Notes under the pieces: generated by a model | Database searches by the model: none | Seen by the model: the letters and a program-made list of their open reading frames with translations, nothing else | Told to the model about the DNA's origin: nothing | Assembly (NCBI RefSeq): GCF_009914755.1 | Contig: NC_060933.1 | Direction: 5' to 3' (one strand) | Length of the DNA: 64,000 nucleotides | From: the human T2T-CHM13v2.0 reference genome, Homo sapiens | Translations under genes and position numbers: made by a program | Shown here: in pieces, positions 14,798-27,344 of the stretch | Layout: each line of letters starts with the position of its first letter | Position numbering within the stretch: position 1 is the stretch's first letter

Positions 14798-14936
14798 ACA
14801 GCACTTCTCACAGTATAATGTGCAAATTGCTTGGGGCTCTCATTAGTTTCAGATTCTGATTCCACAGGTTGGGGACATGGCCTGCAATTCTACCTCTTTG
14901 ACATGTGCCCAGGAGGTGCAGATGCTGCTGACCCCG
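14798..14936. mobile_element. MER5A-like hAT DNA transposon fragment
   Basis: cagattctgattccacaggttgggg...cccaggaggtgcagatgctgctg. Confidence 0.7.
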
Positions 14937-14938
14937 GC

Positions 14939-15490
14939 TGTTACAGGCTGATTTGTGTCCCCCAACATTTATATGTTGGAGTCCGGCCACCCAGTACCTC
15001 AAAAGATGGCTGTATTTGGAGATAGGGACTTTGAAGAAGAAGTAATTAAGTTAAAATGGGATCATTAGGATAGGCCCCGATGCAATACAATAGGTGTCCC
15101 TATACGAACAGGAAATTTAGACACAGAGTCACACATAGGGAAGACCATGTGAAGACACCTCAGAAGAAGCCAAACCTTCCAACACCTTAGTCTCAGATTT
15201 CCAGCCTCCAAAATTGTGAGAAAATTAATTTCTGTCGTTTCACTCAGACTGCGGTACTTTGTTATGTCAAACCTAGCAAACCAATACTAATTTTGGTACT
15301 GAGAAGTGTGGTGCTGCTGTAACAAATACCTGAAAATGTGGAAGTCACTTTTGAACTGGGCAATGGGCAGAGGAAAGAAGAGTTTTGAGGCACCTGATAG
15401 AAAAGACTAGATTGTCTTGATAAGATTATTGGTAGAAATATGGACATTAAGGGGCATTCTGGTGAGAGATCATAAAGAAAAAAGGAGAGT
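14939..15490 (+). mobile_element. MLT1A/B LTR (to about 15287) plus start of MLT1 internal
   Basis: tgttacaggctgatttgtgtcccc...gtatttggagataggg...ctagcaaaccaatac, then attttggtactgagaagtg...aaaatgtggaagt...gaactggg. Confidence 0.82.
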
Positions 15491-15492
15491 TG

Positions 15493-15797
15493 GGCTGGGC
15501 GCAGTGGCTCACGCCTATAATCCCAGCACTTTGGGAGGCTGAAGTGGGTGGATCACAAGGTTAGGAGTTCGAGACCAGCCTGAACAACATGGTGAAACCC
15601 CGTCTCTACTAAAAATTTAAAAATTAGCCAGGTGTGGTGGCACGCACCTGTAGTCCCAGCTACTCAGGAGGCTAAGGCAGGAGAATCACTTGAACTCAGG
15701 AGGCAAAGGTTGCAGTGAGCCAAGATCGCGTCACTGCACTCCAGCCTGGATGACAGAGCGAGACTCTGTCTCAAAAATAAATAAGTAAAATAAAATA
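15493..15797 (+). mobile_element. AluS (Sg/Sz-like)
   Basis: Full Alu dimer with A-rich tail. Confidence 0.92.
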
Positions 15798-15809
15798 ATA
15801 TATAGTTAT

Positions 15810-16140
15810 CCTACACACACTTGTCACAATAACAAGCACCCTCTGACACAGGCAAACACTGACAACACATACTCACACTCACATGTACATAATTTTCAAA
15901 TGACCATAAACATTCTTACCACAAACAAAATTTGTTATTGGAGTAATTGATACTCTGACCATACATACACTCAAACCACCCACACAGACTGCACTTTATC
16001 TGAGAGCCCATATTGACCATACACCCTCTAAGCACACATACACATTAACCAAACATACCAACACACAAATTACAAAATGGCCATGCACCCTGTGGCCACA
16101 CAAAATTGCTGAACACAAACACACACATTCACACAGAAAC
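15810..16140. repeat. Degenerate CA-rich low-complexity tract
   Basis: Dispersed acacac/acatac motifs with strong C/A strand bias. Confidence 0.55.
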
Positions 16141-16620
16141 TATGGCTGTGCATGTGTGCTTTAATTATGGTCATTCCACACTCCAGCATCAACATGGATG
16201 TCAAGAGTTGGAAGGGGGAGACATGGCACAGGGACAGAATGTGGGGGCGGGTTAGGCTACTCTTCCATCAAGCAAATCTGATACCCACAAAGCTCATTGC
16301 TACATTTACTTAAAATACAAGAAACAGGAAAGGCCAAGGGGGTATATAATAGTATTTTTAAGTGTCTTATGCAAACCCATCACCAAAAATCAAAATGTAA
16401 AAGACAATGATATTTTAATAGGCTTTGAAGAGAATGCATTAAAGACTCAGTGTAGTTCTAAACAGTGAAAGGCAAGATATTCTGGCTGGAAGAATACTCA
16501 CTATTGCTATTGAAATTCTAGGCAAAATATTCATTGGTTTAAAACAGTTCAGGGTAAAATATTTCATTTTCATTGAGTAGCTTGCATTGGGCAGCAATAA
16601 AGAAAGCTGGACAAAATATA

Positions 16621-16669
<49 letters not shown>

Positions 16670-16685
16670 ATACACACATACACAT
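16621..16685. repeat. (CA)n microsatellite
   Basis: About 20 pure CA units plus degenerate tail. Confidence 0.97.
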
Positions 16686-17030
16686 AACTGAAGGACCAGA
16701 GATCTCAATCTCATGCAGACAGAGCTTGAGGGGCTACAATCCCTGACAAAAGGGAAGGAAGCACAAGAATGAAGCAACAGGTTCACATGGGCTTTTCCCC
16801 TAAGGACTTTACGCATTTGCACAGCGAGAGCAGAGAATCCAAGCAGGAAAAGGTAGGTTCTCTGAGTTAAGGAAAAATATACAAAAACTCAGTTTAAACA
16901 AATGACTATGACTTCTTCTAATCAGATGTAGTAAATGTATAACAACAATGAAAAATCAATTTAATAAGCACCATATGTTTTAAAACACCAAAGGAATGTG
17001 GAGGCAAACAGGACTAGATCACATAAGATG

Positions 17031-17110
17031 TGAGAGAGAGAGAAAGAGAGAGGGAGAGAGAGATAGTGTGTGTGTGTGTGTGTGTGTATGCGTGTGCATG
17101 TGTGCATGTG
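17031..17110. repeat. (GA)n-(TG)n compound microsatellite
   Basis: Direct reading; sits at the edge of an MLT2 LTR. Confidence 0.93.
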
Positions 17111-17445
17111 TTAAAGGAACTGGCTGGCCCAAATGTGGAGGTTGGGAAGTCCCAAATCTACAAGGAAGTCTGGCAGGCTGGAGACCTAGAGAAGAGTTGC
17201 CATTCAAGTCTGAATGGAGTTTTCTAGCAGAATTGCCTCTTCTTCATTGGAAGTCAGTATTTTTCTTAAAGACTTCCAATGACTGGACGAGACCCACTGA
17301 CATTATGAAAGGCAATCTGTATTACTCAAAGTCTACTGATGTAAATGTTAATCCTATCCAAAATATACCTTCAAAGAAATATCTAGAATAGTGTTTGACC
17401 AAATATCTGAGTACCATGACTACTCAAGTTAACACATAAAATTAT
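17111..17445 (-). mobile_element. MLT2 (ERV-L) LTR, MLT2C/D-like
   Basis: gcaggctggagaccta...aaagtctactgatgtaaatgttaatc...caagttaacacataaaatta. Confidence 0.8.
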
Positions 17446-20400
17446 AGTGTTGTTCAAGTTTTCTATTTTCTTATTTCTCTTGTATCTGGTTGTTCTATTT
17501 GTTATTGAAAGAGGGATATTGAAGTCTCTTGATATTACTGTGGAACAATTTCTCCCTCTATTCTGTCAATGTTTGCTTCATAGATTTAGGAATTCTGGTG
17601 GTTGGTGCACATATGTTTGTAATTGTTATAACTTGATAAATTGACACTTTAATATGTAATGTAATTTTTGTGTCTTGTAACAATTTTTGATTTAAAGTCT
17701 ATTTTGTCTCATCTTAATATAGCCACCCCTGCTCTCTTTTTTTTTTTTTTTGGTTACTGTTTGCACGAGGTATCTTTTTGCATCCTTTCACTTTCAATGT
17801 AGGTGTGTCCTTAGATCTGAAGTGCTTCTCTTGTAGACTGAATCTATTTGGATCACATATTTTTATCCATTCTGCCAATCTGTAACTTTTGATTGGGTAG
17901 TTTAATTCATTTACATTTATTTTTATTTTTTATTATTTATTAATTTATTCTGAGACAGAGTCTTACTCTGTCACCTAGGCTGGAGTGCAGTGGCACAATC
18001 TCTTAGTTATGTACATGTCATCTCCAGAATTTTTTGTTCATTTTTACAATTTTTCTCTTTGTTGATATCTTTACTTTTAATATATCATTTTTTCTTATTT
18101 CTTTTAGTTCTATTCCCATGTTGTCATTTAGCTCTTTCAGCATATTTAAGACAAGTTTTTAAAAGTCTTTGTTTAATAAGTCTGGTGCTTGTGTTTTCTC
18201 ATGTATGAAGATCCACAGAAACAACTTTCAATACTTTCAATTGTTGCTTCTAGTATTTACCTATATGTTTCTAAATAATTTGTTATCTTGCTAGATTGAC
18301 TTATTTATTGTATACATTATCTATTGACATCTGTTGAGTATTTGAGGTTTAATTTCTCTTTCTTTATGCTCATGTTTACTTCCTCCTCCTCTCATGTTTT
18401 CAATGTAATTCTATTATAATTGGAGTTTTAAATGGTAGTTCATGTTTACATTATCATGATTATGTAAATACTGTTTGTTGCTGAACACAGAATTCTCATG
18501 GAGGAGCTTCAGTCAATGTCCCGCTTCCCCATAGGGGAAAAGTTTTCGCTTCTGTTACTCATACCTTTAAGTGCATCATTTGTTTATCCTTTGAAGTGAA
18601 GTTGTAATGCCTTACCAGTTTCCTCATAATGATGAAATAAATAAAATCTGTAGATTATGTTCATTTTATATCTGTATGAGAGTCATGATTTTATCTTGTT
18701 TTGAAAATAGTTCTTTTACAGGTGCCCCTGGCTGATTAGAACATCATATCCAAAGAAATGTGGAACAGAAAAACACAAATACATTTTTAAAAGATTTTGT
18801 GTCACAGGCGTTTAAAAATTAAAAATATATATAATACACAGTTTACCATTTTAACTATTTTGGGTGACATTAAATGCATTTGTATTGTGCAACTATCACT
18901 ACTGTCCATCTCCAAAAGTTTTTTATTATCTCGAAGTGAAATTCTCTACCGTGTGCTCACTTCAGCAGCACATATACTAAAATTGAAATGATACAGAGAA
19001 GATTAGCATGGCCCCTGTGCAAGGATGAAATTGTCTACCTATTAAACAGTAACTCCTCATTATTTCTTCCCTAAGCCTCCAGTAACCACTGTTCTACTTT
19101 ATGTCTCTACAAATCACTATCATGTTACCTATGGGTTTTTCATATATAATCTTTATTATGTTGAGGAACCTTCCTTCTTTTCCTAGTTTGTTGAATTTTT
19201 TTAATCATAAAAGGATGTTGAATTTTGTCAAATGCTTTTTCTGCGTCATTTGAGATAATTATGGTTGTTTTCCCCCTTCATTCTATTAATGTGGTGTACC
19301 AATCAATTTTTGTATGTTGAACCATGCTTGCATTACAAGAATAAACCTCACTTGGTCACAGTGTATAATATCCTACTTTTAATGTTACTAAATTCAATTT
19401 GCTAGTATTTTTGAGGATTTTTGTATTAATATTCTTAAGGTATATTGTTCTGTAGTTTTCTTTTCTTGTAGTGTCTTTGCCTAGTTTTGGTGTCAGGATA
19501 ATGCTGGCCTCACAGAATAATTTAGAAAGTGTTTTTTCTGATTCAACTTTCTGGAAGTGTTTGAGAAGGATTTATAGTGGTTCTTCTTAAATATTTGGTA
19601 GAATTTACCTGTGAAGCCATCAGGTGCAGGGATTTTCTTTGTTGGGAGTTTTTGTTATTATTATTAGTTATATGTTTATTCAGATTTTCTACTTCATGGT
19701 TCAGTCTTGGTAGGTTTGTGTTTCTAAGAATTAGTCCATTTCATCTGGATCATCTAACTTCTTGGTGTACAGTTGTTCATAGTACTCACTTAAAGTCATT
19801 TTTATCTGTAGAATCTGTAGCAATGTCCTCACTTTCATTTCTGACTTCAGTAATTTGAGTCCTCTTTTTCTTGTCAGGCTAACCTAAGGTTTGTCAATTT
19901 TGTTGATCTTTTCAAAGAACCTACTTTGGATTTCATTTATTTTCTCTATTTTTTTCCTATTCCTTATTTATGTTTGCTCTAATCTTTATCATTTCCTCTT
20001 TCTGCTAGATTTGAGTTTAGTTGGTGCTTTTCTACTTCCTTAAATTGTAAAGTTAGGTTGTTGATTTGAGATTTCTCCTTATTAAATATATGTTTACAGC
20101 TATAAATTTCCCTTTTATCTCTTTTACTGCATCTCATAAGTTTCTGAATGTTGTGTTATCATTTTAATTCATCTCTAAGTTTTTTCCAGTTTCCCCTGTG
20201 ATTTCTTTTTTGACTCATTGGTCATTTAGAAGTGTGTTTAATTTCCACCTATTTGTAAATTTACCAGTTTTCTTCTGTTATTAATTTCTAACTTCATCTT
20301 GTTGTGGTCAGAGAAGATAATTTGTATGCTGTATATCTTTTTGTATCTATTGAGACTTGTTTTGTGGCCTAACATATGGTTTATCTTTGTGAATGTCCCA

Positions 20401-21280
20401 TGTGCACTTGAGAAAAATATAGATTCTCTTGTCTTTTGGAGTATTCTGCATATGTCTGTTAGATCTAGTTGGTTTATTGTCTAGTTGGTATTCAAGTCCT
20501 CTATTTACTGACACCTTCTGTCTGGCTGTCCTATTCATTTATAAAAGTGGAGTATTGAAGTCTCCAACTATTATTGCAGAACCGTCTATTATCCTAAAAA
20601 TTATCCTAAAAATTTTTGCTTCATATATTCTAATGGTCTGTTATATGTATAAATGTTTATAGTTGCTATATATTTTTGGTAAGTTGACTTCTTTGTCAAT
20701 ATATAATGTCCTTTTTGTCTTTTGTAACAGTTTTTGAGTTAAAGTCAATATCATTTGATGTTAGTATAGGTCCTTTTTTGGTTACTATTTGCACGAAATA
20801 TCTTCTTCTATCCTTTCACCTTCAACTGTTTGTGTCTTTGAATCTAATAAGTCTTCTTTTAGACAGCATATAGATGATCATGTTTTTAAAATTCATTCTG
20901 CAAATCTCTGTCTTTAGATTGGAGAGTTTAATCCATTTATATTTGAAGTAATTACTGATATGAAAGGACTTCTGCTATTTTGCTTTTTTTTCTATAGGCT
21001 TGTAGCTTTCTTGTTCCTTATTTCTTGCTTTACTGCTTTCTTTTGGTTTAGTTGACTTTTTTGTAGTGAAACATTTTAATTCTCTTTATATTGCCTTTTG
21101 TGTATGTTCTATATCTATTTTCTTTGTGGAGTTGCCATGGGGATTGCATTTAACAGCCTAAAGTTATAACACTCTAATTTGAATTTTTACCAGCTTCACT
21201 TCAATAGCATACAAAATGTCCGCTTCTATACAGCTCTGTCCCTACCTCTTTCACTTATTGATATCACAAATTACATCATT
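17446..21280 (-). mobile_element. Old L1M (L1MB/MC-like) fragments, mostly antisense ORF2
   Basis: T-rich antisense ORF2 motifs (ttgaagtctccaactattatt, gatcttttcaaagaacc); L1MB-type 3' end near 18810-19115; Alu fragment near 17915-18005. Confidence 0.7.
18953..19028 (+). pseudogene. RNU6: U6 snRNA retropseudogene, 3'-truncated (first 76 nt or so)
   Basis: gtgctcacttcagcagcacatatactaaaattgaaatgatacagagaagattagcatggcccctgtgcaaggatga matches the U6 5' part including the ACAGAGA box; TSD aaatt(c/g)tctacc. Confidence 0.95.
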
Positions 21281-21284
21281 TTTC

Positions 21285-21530
21285 TGGATTTTTAAATTTT
21301 TAAAATAGACTTAGGGTGTGCAAGTGCATTTTTGTTTCATGAATATACTGATTGCATAGTGGTAGAGTCTGGGCTTTTTAGTGTAACCATCCCCTGAATA
21401 GTGCGCATTGTACCCAATAGGTAATTTCTCATCCCTCACCCCCCTCCCATCCCACCTTCTCACCTTTTGGAATCTCTAATGTCTAGTCTTCCACTCTCTA
21501 TGTCCATGTGTACACATTGTTGAGCTTCCA
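21285..21530 (-). mobile_element. L1PB-like 3' end
   Basis: gcatagtggtagagtctgggctttt...gtacccaataggtaatttctcatccctcacccccctccc. Confidence 0.75.
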
Positions 21531-21952
21531 TGTATACCAAATATAACTTTAAATGTTTTTAAATTTTATGGTACCTTGTATGGTACCTTTGAATTTTCTG
21601 TTTCTTTGTATGCTTTGTGATTTTTATTGAAAACTATACATTTGAATCTATAATATGATAACTTTAGAAATCTGACTCTTCTTTCTCCAGAGGTTTGCTT
21701 TTTTTTTTTTTTTTTTAACAAAAATTGTTGTAGGATGTCTCTGTGCTGGGAATCAGACTTAGTTATAAACTTCAGGTTTTCTCAGGTCTTTTTTTAAGCC
21801 CATGTCTTTCCCAGAGCATGTGTGGTGCCTTCCTACACTCCCCCATATATGTGGTTGCTTTGGAATGTCCTAATTCTTAAATGTCATCCAAGTCTTCCCC
21901 TGGAAGCTGCAACCCTTCAAATAGATTCCAGAGTTTCAAAATAATTACATCA

Positions 21953-22233
21953 GGCCAGGCGCGGTGTCTCACGCCTATAATCCCAGCATTTTGGGAGGCC
22001 GATTCAGGCAGATCACCTGAGGTCAGGGGTTCGAGACCGGCCTGACCAACATGGTGAAACCCCATCTCTACTAAAATACAAAATTACCTGGACATAGTGG
22101 TACATACCTGTAATCCCAGCTACTTGGGAAGCTGAGGCAGGAGAATTGCCTGAACTGGGAGGCAGAGGTTGCAGTGAGCCAAGGTCGTGCCACTGCACTC
22201 CAGCCTGGGCAAAAAGAGTGAAATTCTGTCTCA

Positions 22234-22268
<35 letters not shown>
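21953..22268 (+). mobile_element. AluSq-like with (AC)n tail
   Basis: Full Alu; (AC)n at 22237-22267; TSD aaaataattaca(t/c)ca. Confidence 0.93.
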
Positions 22269-22271
<3 letters not shown>

Positions 22272-22981
22272 ATAATTACACCAGACAGACTCATCCAGCA
22301 CAATTGTTGTTAAAGTGAAGAGAGGGATTCTTGGTGCTTCCTTTCATCCATCTACCCTAATGAAACAAACCCATGTCACAGGGTTTGAAACCTGCATATA
22401 TTTTATCAGATTTAATAATGAATACAGTTTCTCTGAAATGTTACTTTAAAATTAATCTGTCATAGAGTATATGTGGCAAGCCATTTAAGAAAAAAGGAAA
22501 CTTTAGGTCTGTCAAATAGAGATCATCTGACCAAACTGACATGATAGTGTCACATAAGTTCACCTTCATTGCCAGTCCAACTTAATACAATATAGGATTG
22601 AAAATCAATTATCTGTAGGAATATTGGTGCTGCACTCTTTTAGCTCATGTCCCAGAGGATGCTAGGGGTATTGCACTGCGCTAAAATCTTTTCTCTCTTG
22701 AACCTCATGCCTTTTATAATTTCACAAATACAATGTGTCACTCTATGCTATTAACAATAAATATTTAATGTGTATCTATCATTTTGAAAGGGAGATGCAA
22801 ATAACCTGTCCAGTGTCTTGGCTCTTACTTGGGGCTCTGGTGTCTGGAAGCACTCCACCTCTCAGAATGTGATAGCCTTATTTCACTTAGAGAATATATA
22901 ATCTTTTCTTTTAAAATGTATACACTTATAAACTTATAAAAGCAATATAATACAATACAAACATTTTGAAAAGTATATATA

Positions 22982-23269
22982 TATTTTTTGAGACGGAGTC
23001 TCGCTCTGTCGCCCAGGATGGAATGCGGTGGCACAATCTCTGCTCACTGCAAACTCCGCCTCCTGAGTTCAAGCGATTCTCCTGCCCCAGCCTCATGAGT
23101 AGCTGGGATTACAGGCATACGTCACCACACCCGGCTAATTTTTGTATTTTAGTAGAGATGGGGTTTTACCATGTTGGTCAAGCTGGTCTTGAACCCCTGA
23201 CCTCAGCTGATCTGCCTGAATTGGTCTCCCAAAGTGTGGGATTACAGGCGGGAGCCACTGCGCCCGGCC
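22982..23269 (-). mobile_element. AluS
   Basis: Full antisense Alu ending cccggcc. Confidence 0.93.
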
Positions 23270-24151
23270 GAAAAATAATTTTTAAATAGCCAATGATTCT
23301 TCCACTTGAGCATAATCCCCTTTTCTATTTCCATAGTTTTAACAACACAGTTGTATTCCTAATATACATTTGGTTTTATATCCTTTTTTTCACTTAACAT
23401 TCTATTTTTTATTTTCCTATGAATGATGCCTGCATGCACCCATACTTTGATAATAAAGTGTTTATTTTGCATGACATTGTGTAAAGAAAGAGGCAGTTAA
23501 TTTTCTCAGAATGATGAAGACATGCAAGGTCTTGGCCCAGTGTTACAAAGTATTAGAAAACTTTCGCTTCCAGACAAGGTAGGGTAACAGGAGCCTAACT
23601 TACCTGCATGAAACAACTGAAAAAGCAAGCTAAATATATGAAGCAACAGTTCTCAAAAGACACTGGACATGGGGCAACACAGGACCATAATCCCTGAAAA
23701 ACAAGAGGTGAGCCTGATGATTTCCCCAGCTTCCTGCCTGGAGACATTTACCAGGCTGCAGCACAAGGATAGCTCACACAGAGCTTGATGATCTCCCTGA
23801 GCTAAGGAGACAAAGCTGCAGATTTAGGGAAAGCAACACAGTTAGAGTTTTTGGGATATAAAATAATGGAGAATAAGGGCTGCACGGAGAGAGAGAATTC
23901 CAGGAATTTGCAGGGAGTCCTGTCAAGTCTTCAGCTGGGTTCTGATCAGTGCCTGCACAGAAGAAACTACTTTCGATTGAAGAAAGCACCACCCAAAAGA
24001 AGCACAGGAAACAATCCTTAGCACTCACACAGGGCTGGGAATAGTTTCTGTTCCCACCAGCCAGAGTGGAAAACTTCATAACTCATGAAGCATTGGATAA
24101 AGTGCCCAGAAGTTTATTGTCACAGTAGTGAAGGGAAATTAGCTCTTGCAT

Positions 24152-24367
24152 CAGGGTTTCTCAACTTTACCTCTGTGGACATTTGGTGCTGGATAATTTT
24201 TTGTTGTGAAGGCTATCCTACATATTGTAGATGTTTTGCAGCAGCCCTGGCCTCTACCCACTAGATGCCAGTAGCAGCACCTCCACAACTTGTGACAACT
24301 AAAATGGTCTCCACACATTGCAGAAAGTCCCCTAAAGAAGGAAATCGGCTCCTGTTGAGAATCACTT
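24152..24367. mobile_element. MER20 hAT DNA transposon
   Basis: TIR-like cagggtttctcaa...ttgagaatcact; core cctggcctctacccactagatgccagtagca. Confidence 0.9.
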
Positions 24368-24528
24368 CTCTAGACCAAAGGCTATTCTGCTGTTGCTTAT
24401 TAAACTTAAAAGCAGGCCTCAAAACAATCTGCTCCAAGTAAATTAACTGCATCCCAGAACAAAGTTCAACATATTTATTGGAATACAAAAATATTGAGCA
24501 CCTCAAAGGTAAAAGTTCACAATGTCAG

Positions 24529-24835
<307 letters not shown>

Positions 24836-24966
24836 AATTTACAATGGCAGTCATGCAATTGGAATGGAAAGGCATGAAAAAAATCAAGAAAATATGACCT
24901 ATAATAAGGAGAAAGTAAATCAACAAAAAGAGATTCAGAAATAGATAGAATTAGTAGGCAAGGACA

Positions 24967-25264
24967 GGCCAGGCATGGTGGCTCACACTTGTAATCATAG
25001 CACTTTGGGAGGTAGAGGCAGGAGGATCACTTGTGTCCAGGAGTTCAACACTGGCTTGGGCAACATAGTAAGACCCCATCTCTACAAAAAATCAAAAATT
25101 AACTAGACATGGTGGCATGCACCTGTAGTTCCAGCTACTCAGTAGGATGAGGTAGGAAGATCACTTGAGCCTGGGAGGTCGAGGCTGCAGTGAGCCATGA
25201 TTGCACCACTGCACTCCAGGCAGGACAACAGAGAGAGAACTTGTCTCAAAAAAATAAAGTAAAA
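24967..25264 (+). mobile_element. AluJ
   Basis: ggcaacatagtaagaccc and gaggctgcagtgagccatgatt; TSD agtaggcaag(g/a)aca. Confidence 0.9.
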
Positions 25265-25534
25265 AGTAGGCAAGAACAATAAAAAGTTATGCATTTATAC
25301 ATAATATTAAATATATAATATATGACATACTTAATATGTTCAAGAAGACAGAGGAGAGATTGAGCATGTTAAATGAAGGCATGATAGATGTAAAAACAAG
25401 AGACTTGAAAAGACTCAAATTCAAAGAGCAAGATAAAACTACAACAAAATGGAATAATAACCAATTAGACGCTGCAGAGGTAATGCACAGTGAACTTGAA
25501 GTTAGACAATAGACACTATCAAAAATGAAACACA

Positions 25535-25855
25535 GACCAGGCACGGTGGCTCATGCCTGTAATCCCAGCACTTTGGGAGGCCGAGTTGGGTGGATCACCT
25601 GAGGCCAGGAGTTTGAGAACAGCCTGGCCAAAATGGTGAAACCACATCTCTACTAAAAATACAAAAATTAGCCGGGCATGGTGGCGGGTGCCTGTAATCC
25701 CAGCTACTCGAGAGGCTGAGGCAAGAGAATCGCTGAACTCAGGAGGTGGAGGTTGCAGTGAGCCGAGATCATGCCGTTGCACTCCAGCCTGGGCAACAAG
25801 GGCAAAACTCTATCTCAAAAAAAAAAAAGAAAAAGGAAAAGAAAAAGAAAAAAAG
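25535..25855 (+). mobile_element. AluS
   Basis: Full Alu, long A-rich tail, TSD-like gaaacac. Confidence 0.92.
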
Positions 25856-26588
25856 AAACACGGATACAAAATACTAAAATGAACAGAACATCAGTGAGTG
25901 GTGGGACAACTTCAAGTGACCTAATATACATGTAATTGGAGTCTCTAGAGAAAGATAAGGCACAATAACTGAAAACATAATAAATAAAAACTTTTCAAAT
26001 TTGATGAAAATCTAAACTCTTAGAACCAGAAAGCTCAACAAATCACAAGGACAAGAAACATGAAGAAAACTAAGCCAAGGCCCATCACAGTCAAATTGCT
26101 TGAAAAACTGATGTCAGTGACAATGGCAGCCAGAATAAATAAAGACACACTACATATGGAGGAGTGAAGATAAGGAGAACATCAGGTCTTTCTAATTTTT
26201 GTGTTTTGTTTTCATCAGAAAAACACAAGCCTGAACATAATGAAGCAATACCTTAAAGTACTGAAAGAAAAAAAAAAAAAAACCTGTCATCCTAAAATTC
26301 TGTACCGAAAGAAAATAGCTTCCAAAAACGTAGACATAATAAAGACTTTTTAAGGCATACAAAAATGGAAAGACTAAATTAGCAGCAGATCTGAACTATA
26401 AAAAATGTGGTTTTCTACATTTTGAAATGAAGGAAATTGATCCCAGAAGGAAATCTGGATGCACACCAAGTCATAAAGGGCAATAGAAGTGGCCAATGTG
26501 GTAGAAGATCTATGAAAGACTTCCCTCCTTCTTTTAAAATGTTATTTAAAAGGTACTTGATTGTTTCAAGCAAAAATAATAACAATGC

Positions 26589-26875
26589 GGCCAGGTGCGG
26601 TGGCTCATGCCTACAATCCCAGCACTTCAGGAGGCTGAGGTGGGCGGGTCACGAGAGGTCAGGAGGTCGAGACCGGTCTGGCCAACATGATGAAACCCCA
26701 TCTCTACTAGAAATACAAAATTTAGCTGGGCGTGGTGGCAGGTGCCTGTACTCTGGAGGCTGAGGCAGGAGAATTGCTTAAACCCAGGAGGCGGAGGTTG
26801 CAGTGTGCCGAGATCGTGCCACTGCACTCCAGCCTGGATGACAGAGTGAGACTCTGTCTCAAATAATAATAATAA
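26589..26875 (+). mobile_element. AluS with (AAT)n tail
   Basis: Full Alu with a short right-arm deletion; TSD-like aacaatgc. Confidence 0.9.
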
Positions 26876-27064
26876 CAACAATGCAGTATGAGGTCTACAA
26901 CATGTAGGCGTAAAATATATGACAGCATTAGCCCAAAAGCTAGAGGATACGAAATGGAAATTCACTCTTGTAAGGCTCTTTTTTTATATGCAAAGTGGCA
27001 TGATACTATTTCAAAATAGATTACTATAGACTAAAGATGCATATTATAAACACTGAATCAACTT

Positions 27065-27344
27065 ATTTTTTTAGACAGAGCCTCGCTCTGCCACCAGGCT
27101 GGATGCGTGATCGCAGCTCACTGTAACCTCCACCTCCCGAGTTTAAGTGATTCTCCTGCCTCAGCCTCCCGAGTAGCTGGGACTACAGGCGTATGCCACC
27201 ACGCCCCACTAATTTTTGTATTTTTTAGTAGAGATGGGGTTTCACCATATTGGCCAGGATGGTCTCGATCTCTTAACCTTGTGATCCGCCCGCCTCAGCC
27301 TTCCAAAGTGCTGGGATTACAGGCGTGAGCCAGCGTGCCGGGCC
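27065..27344 (-). mobile_element. AluSc-like
   Basis: ggccaggatggtctcgatctcttaaccttgtgatccg. Confidence 0.9.
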
